From assembly GCA_037310415.1 (NCBI GenBank), contig CP147780.1, positions 32,001 through 96,000 on the forward strand: 64,000 nucleotides of DNA. Direction: 5' to 3'. Below, one piece after another: positions 59,814 to 64,000 of the stretch. Position 1 is the stretch's first letter, and each line of letters begins with the position of its first letter. The stretch comes from Candidatus Atabeyarchaeum deiterrae (GTDB lineage: Archaea > Asgardarchaeota > Atabeyarchaeia > Atabeyarchaeales > Atabeyarchaeaceae). The position numbers were made by a program, and so were the translations under genes. A model generated the notes under the pieces. That model did no database searches. It was given only the letters and a program-made list of their open reading frames with translations, and had not been told where the DNA came from.

Positions 59814-60896
59814 ATGAGAATTGGCATGATGACTTTATGGAATGCTGCCAATGGTGCATCTATACATGCTGAACTAGTAGGAAGAGCGTGGGTGAAGCAG
59901 GGGCATGAGCTCAAAGTCTTTTCAGCTAAGAAACACCCTGATGGAAGGCCCACATCACAGCCTGATGAGAACTACGTAATTAGGCATTTCACTGTTGATG
60001 AGGTCACCCCCTTTACTAAAGTCAGTTTTTTTGACCCAGCTCCGCTCTTGGAAGAGGACTACGAAGTCTTCGTCGCCCAGAATGTTGAACGCTTGCCTGT
60101 TGGGAGGCTCTTGGAGCTTTTCCCCAAGGTAAGGAAAAAGGCAAGCACGATCAACATTGTTCATGAACCGTACCCACCTAAGGACTCACTCTACTACAAG
60201 TTTAAGTGGGATGCAATAGTCTGCTTCGATCACCGCTACAAAGAATACCTCACCAAGTACTTCCCTGAAGACATCATTCACATAATCCCGTACCCATATC
60301 ACCCAATGGTTTTGGGTAACAAGATCGAAGCTAGGAAGAAATTGAACCTCCCATTAGAGAAGAAGATCTTGTTCTCCTTCGGGATCAGAGCACGATGCAT
60401 ATCGCTTCTCCCGCCTGTTCTAAGAGAAGTCAATGAAAAGTTCCCACTTAGATACGTCGTCGTAGCAAACCCTGGCAGCAAAGTTGAGACTCTGCGCAGA
60501 TTGACCGGTGAATACGAATTCATGGATCTTCGCATTGAATCTATTCCGTTGAACGAAGCCTATACGTATCTCCACGCGGCAGACGCCCACCTCATTCACA
60601 GACAGCTATCAAACAAAAATAGCATAGTTGTCTCAAGCACCATATTCCAAACACTTGGATCAGGCTGCCCGATCCTTTTCAACGACTCAAAATATGTCGA
60701 ACTCCAAGGAGATGAAGTGACGAAATATTCGGACGAAGAGGATTTGAAAGCCAAGTTGGCGGAAATACTCCAAAATGGATTCAATATTAGCAAAGTAGAG
60801 CGCCTCCTGAGTCGACAGAGCTCTGATGTGATTGCTGAGAAATTCATCCAACTTTTCAAAAGAACACGCGCAGTTCATCATTTCTCTGGGGCTTGA
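59814..60896 (+). CDS. GT-B fold glycosyltransferase (GT4-like)
   Basis: N-terminal W....G.S.HAE...R.W, IHIIP, YLHAAD, SS...Q.LGSGCPI. Confidence 0.75.
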   Translation: MRIGMMTLWNAANGASIHAELVGRAWVKQGHELKVFSAKKHPDGRPTSQPDENYVIRHFTVDEVTPFTKVSFFDPAPLLEEDYEVFVAQNVERLPVGRLLELFPKVRKKASTINIVHEPYPPKDSLYYKFKWDAIVCFDHRYKEYLTKYFPEDIIHIIPYPYHPMVLGNKIEARKKLNLPLEKKILFSFGIRARCISLLPPVLREVNEKFPLRYVVVANPGSKVETLRRLTGEYEFMDLRIESIPLNEAYTYLHAADAHLIHRQLSNKNSIVVSSTIFQTLGSGCPILFNDSKYVELQGDEVTKYSDEEDLKAKLAEILQNGFNISKVERLLSRQSSDVIAEKFIQLFKRTRAVHHFSGA

Positions 60897-61675
60897 GGCC
60901 TTCCTCCAACGCAATTGCACACCTGCGCAACACTGGGATTGTCGTAGTAGTCTCTGGCGACTCTGATCAGATTCTGGTCCTGTGTCAACATGGCAGTTTG
61001 GTCAATCCAGTCTGACAACGTTACAAGCGTTTTCATGTCGGAGATAAGCATCCCAACAGAGCAGCAAAGGAGGCGTATTTCACCAAGGTTTGAAGAGTCT
61101 TCTCTTTCAAAAAGTTCCTGAGTCATGGCGACGTTCAGCTTGACTCTCCGCCTTTGTCTGGCATCAGTCAATGACTCTTTGAGTCCTTTGAGAACTGTTG
61201 AGTGTGAAATGAAAACTGTTATTTCTTTCTGTGCTGTCTCTATCAGTGCCTTCATTCTGTTGATGATGTTATTTTGCCCCTTGATAATATATGCAAACTG
61301 CAGTTCCTCCGATTTCTTTGCGCTCTCGTATATTGGCGTCATCATGTCGATTAGAACATCTGCTTGTTTGACTTTCTCATTGAGACTTTCAGTCAGCTGT
61401 TGTTTCAGATTGGCGATAGCTTCTTTTGGCGCTACGGGTAGGTAGATGCTTGGATTACTCTTCTGAACTATGAGCATGCCTTTCTTAGAGAGTGCGTCAA
61501 GAGCGTAGTAGATTTTTGAATCGGGGATGCCCGTTTCATTGCACAGCGTGCCAGCAGTTATGCTGGGTTGCGTCAGAAGTGTAACGTAAGTCAATGTTTC
61601 ATGGGTTGACAATCCCAGTTCTTTAAGTTGTGAGACCATTCGATCTCGGATGACTGTCTCCATCTTGCTCACCAC
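60878..61675 (-). CDS. TrmB-family transcriptional regulator with C-terminal Cys pairs
   Basis: LGLS..E...Y..LL, TGIP.SKIY..L..L..KG; effector domain has CC and CxC. Confidence 0.88.
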   Translation of the reverse strand: MVSKMETVIRDRMVSQLKELGLSTHETLTYVTLLTQPSITAGTLCNETGIPDSKIYYALDALSKKGMLIVQKSNPSIYLPVAPKEAIANLKQQLTESLNEKVKQADVLIDMMTPIYESAKKSEELQFAYIIKGQNNIINRMKALIETAQKEITVFISHSTVLKGLKESLTDARQRRRVKLNVAMTQELFEREDSSNLGEIRLLCCSVGMLISDMKTLVTLSDWIDQTAMLTQDQNLIRVARDYYDNPSVAQVCNCVGGRPQAPEK

Positions 61676-61712
61676 TGTTCTCCCTACTTCTAATGAGTAT
61701 GTGTCAGAGAAT

Positions 61713-61746
61713 CCTTAAATAGTTTTCTACTACTTCTTGGTAGTAG
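61713..61746 (+). promoter_or_regulatory. TATA box followed by palindrome CTACTAC-N6-GTAGTAG (putative TrmB operator)
   Basis: CCTTAAATA 61713-61721; perfect 7-bp inverted repeat 61727-61746; degenerate copy CTACTTC-N6-GTATGTG at 61684-61703. Confidence 0.6.
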
Positions 61747-61771
61747 GTAAAAGTGAACGGAGTGGTATGAC

Positions 61772-62071
61772 ATGGAAGACAAAACGAAACTGTTGATAGC
61801 GGTCGGGGCCTCGGTCACGGCAAATTGTCAACCTTGCCTAAAAACCGCCGTCACAGAAGCGCAGGGAGCAGGAGTAGAAAAGAAGGAAATCCTTGAAGCA
61901 ATCGCCATAGGGAGAGTTGTTAGAAAAGGCGCATTTGGTAAGATGGACAAATTCGCCTCAACCCTAACCGGAAAGGATTTTGAGAACGGTTCAGATGAAT
62001 GTCCATTCGGCTCGACAGAGAAAGAAGTCAAAGAATGGGTAGCACAAGACGATCAATGTGGCTGCCATTAG
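61772..62071 (+). CDS. Carboxymuconolactone decarboxylase/AhpD-like protein with Cys-rich tail
   Basis: LIAVGASVTANCQPCL.....A...G....EI.EAI; tail ECPF...QCGCH. Confidence 0.8.
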   Translation: MEDKTKLLIAVGASVTANCQPCLKTAVTEAQGAGVEKKEILEAIAIGRVVRKGAFGKMDKFASTLTGKDFENGSDECPFGSTEKEVKEWVAQDDQCGCH

Positions 62072-62092
62072 TGGGGCACGAGGTAAGAAGAT

Positions 62093-62929
62093 ATGAAGGA
62101 CGAGAAAACAAAGAAAATTGTCCGGGAAGGCTACGCAAAAGTCGCCAAGAAGCAAACCTCTTGCTGTACAGCCGCACCAACTTCTTGCGGCTGTTCGGCG
62201 CCCACTAACAAAGAAATCAGCGAGAAAATAGGTTACAGTGAAGAGGAAATAAGTTCAGTCCCAGAAGGCGCAAACCTCGGTCTGGGATGCGGCAACCCCA
62301 TCGCGTTGGCCTCCCTGAAAGAAGGAGAAACTGTCCTCGACCTTGGCTCTGGTGCGGGATTCGACTGCTTCCTAGCAGCTAGCAGAGTCGGCAGAACCAG
62401 TAAGGTAATCGGCGTCGACATGACACCCGAGATGATAGGAAAAGCAAGAGAAAACGCAAGAAAAGGCAAGTACCAAAACGTAGAGTTCAGACTCGGAGAA
62501 ATAGAGAGCCTCCCAGTTGCAGACAGCACGATCGATATCATCATCTCCAACTGCGTAATTAACCTCTCACCAAACAAGAAACGCGTGTTCGAAGAAGCCT
62601 TTAGAGCTCTAAGAGCTGGCGGCAGACTAATGGTCTCAGACATAGTCCTTCTGAGAAAACTTCCTGAGAACATAAAGAAGAGTGTTCATGCATATCTCGG
62701 ATGCGTTGCAGGAGCAGAAATGAAAAACAAGTACCTGAAACTAATCAAAGAAGCTGGTTTCCACGAAACCAAGGTTATTGAAGAAAGCTTCTTCCCGATC
62801 GAAAACATTGCCAGCGACCCAACCGCACAAGCAATCATGAAAACCTCAGAAATGTCTGAAGGTGAAACTAGGGAACTTGCTAACACGGTCGCGAGCATAA
62901 GAGTCTCAGGGATCAAACCCAACAGCTAG
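62093..62929 (+). CDS. arsM: Arsenite methyltransferase
   Basis: SCC, LGLGCGNP, VLDLGSGAGFDCF, IISNCVINLSP.K, GCVAGA. Confidence 0.93.
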   Translation: MKDEKTKKIVREGYAKVAKKQTSCCTAAPTSCGCSAPTNKEISEKIGYSEEEISSVPEGANLGLGCGNPIALASLKEGETVLDLGSGAGFDCFLAASRVGRTSKVIGVDMTPEMIGKARENARKGKYQNVEFRLGEIESLPVADSTIDIIISNCVINLSPNKKRVFEEAFRALRAGGRLMVSDIVLLRKLPENIKKSVHAYLGCVAGAEMKNKYLKLIKEAGFHETKVIEESFFPIENIASDPTAQAIMKTSEMSEGETRELANTVASIRVSGIKPNS

Positions 62930-63135
62930 CTTAACGCATCCTGAAACGCCACTCTTTCTAAACATCCGTCTCCTCCCTTTTTTCTTAAGACACCTCACAC
63001 AAAGAAGAGAGAATAGATCGCCTTCGTACCAATCACAGTCACCTACTCCTACCAAAAGAACACCCAATACGAAGGAGTACATCAACCAAGACAAAAAACA
63101 AGAAGCGAATAACACTTGCCGCAATACCTGAAACT

Positions 63136-63642
63136 TCATTTCAAGCTCTTGACAAACGGAATCGTCTTGAAACCATATTTCGTGCGCAGTCGCTCACCAG
63201 TATCCCTGTACCCCATCCTGGTCCAAAAAACATAAGATTTCCAAGGAACGCCTTGCGCATTCTCAGTAGTATCAGTCTTCATCAAGGAATGCCCACTTGT
63301 TATAGCAATATTCTCAACGTGAGTCACAAGAGCCCTACCCACACCCTTCCCCTGCTCATCCTTCCTAATATCAACGTTATCGATATCGACGTAACCACGT
63401 TCCTTCTTGAACACGATGAAACCGACTACCCTCCCATCCTTCTCAGCAACGATGACCTCAAAACCATCCTTCAACCTGTTCCTCCTAGCCCAAACCTTCG
63501 CAAGCACATCAGGCGAAGAAAAAGTAGCAAACTCCGGTGCGGTAAACCCCGCGATCTCGCTCCTAGTCTTTGACGATAGGTTAACCTCACATATAGACGG
63601 AATATCGTCGCGAATCGCGGGACGTATAACCAGTTCTGTCAT
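63136..63642 (-). CDS. GNAT family N-acetyltransferase
   Basis: IRPA..DD, V.....QGKGVGRAL, FW..MGY. Confidence 0.88.
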   Translation of the reverse strand: MTELVIRPAIRDDIPSICEVNLSSKTRSEIAGFTAPEFATFSSPDVLAKVWARRNRLKDGFEVIVAEKDGRVVGFIVFKKERGYVDIDNVDIRKDEQGKGVGRALVTHVENIAITSGHSLMKTDTTENAQGVPWKSYVFWTRMGYRDTGERLRTKYGFKTIPFVKSLK

Positions 63643-63814
63643 AGCCCAAACGAGTGACGACTCATCGTATAACCATTTCTATCACACGCCAGTAATCAAG
63701 ACACAACCCACAAACATGAAAGTTCATTTCAAGGGTCTACCGTGACAACTGCCTTGCTTCGCTTCCTTCTTTGAACCCTGAGTCAATGTCACGGTTTAGC
63801 GCATCCCATCACGC

Positions 63815-64000
63815 TTAGAGTGCTTTCAGGATCTTTTCAAGATTCTTTGTTGCTATTGGTTCTTTTGACAGAAATTCCTTCAGCTTTCCGCATGGGTAAT
63901 CGCCACAGTGCGCGCATGTCTTTACTTTTCTTTCCTCAGAGCAGGGCCTTATCTTGCAGATTTTCCGGCACCAACCAGAAATTCTATTAGACATGCACCC
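63815..64000 (-). CDS. Partial DUF3795-like Cys-rich protein (3' end only; not in ORF track)
   Basis: ...GCMSNRISGWCRKICKIRPCSEERKVKTCAHCGDYPCGKLKEFLSKEPIATKNLEKILKAL*. Confidence 0.75.
   Translation of the reverse strand, partial: GCMSNRISGWCRKICKIRPCSEERKVKTCAHCGDYPCGKLKEFLSKEPIATKNLEKILKAL

Noticed and set aside
62906-63139. 77-aa hydrophobic ORF between arsM and the GNAT gene
   Set aside because: Low-complexity, strand-biased sequence overlapping the arsM 3' end; likely spurious.
1-64000. CRISPR array, rRNA, integrase or intact transposase
   Set aside because: No regularly spaced repeats, rRNA-like sequence or recombinase/transposase motifs seen by eye.

Overview
Gene-dense archaeal chromosome segment, most likely from an Asgard archaeon. 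This is an inference from archaeal core genes (IleRS, PriL/PriS, eS25, Alba, GGPP synthase) found together with several eukaryotic-signature-like proteins: an ESCRT-II Vps22/36-like EAP30 protein, two longin-like domains, a gelsolin-like protein, SNAP-like helical proteins, a mu-homology-like beta-sandwich protein and a Vps62/NPP1-like domain. Most of the window is housekeeping or metabolic (ileS, hppA, FGGY kinase, glmS, ADP-forming acyl-CoA synthetase, a double thiolase/DUF35 operon, acyl-CoA dehydrogenase, glyA, Hsp20). The most striking feature is a 212-nt tRNA gene right after ileS. By hand it resolves into a 75-nt tRNA-Ile with the rare UAU anticodon, split by four introns; three have clear BHB-type signals and one is relaxed. 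Other highlights: a divergent Cys-bearing TrmB-like regulator / CMD-like protein / ArsM module with a palindromic operator, a 5'-truncated isopentenyl phosphate kinase at the edge of an accessory region, a frameshifted LAGLIDADG remnant, a protein with a TFB-like C-terminal cyclin fold, and two Cys-rich microproteins missed by the ORF track. No CRISPR array, rRNA, integrase or intact transposase was seen. All family assignments come from motif recognition by eye, not database searches.
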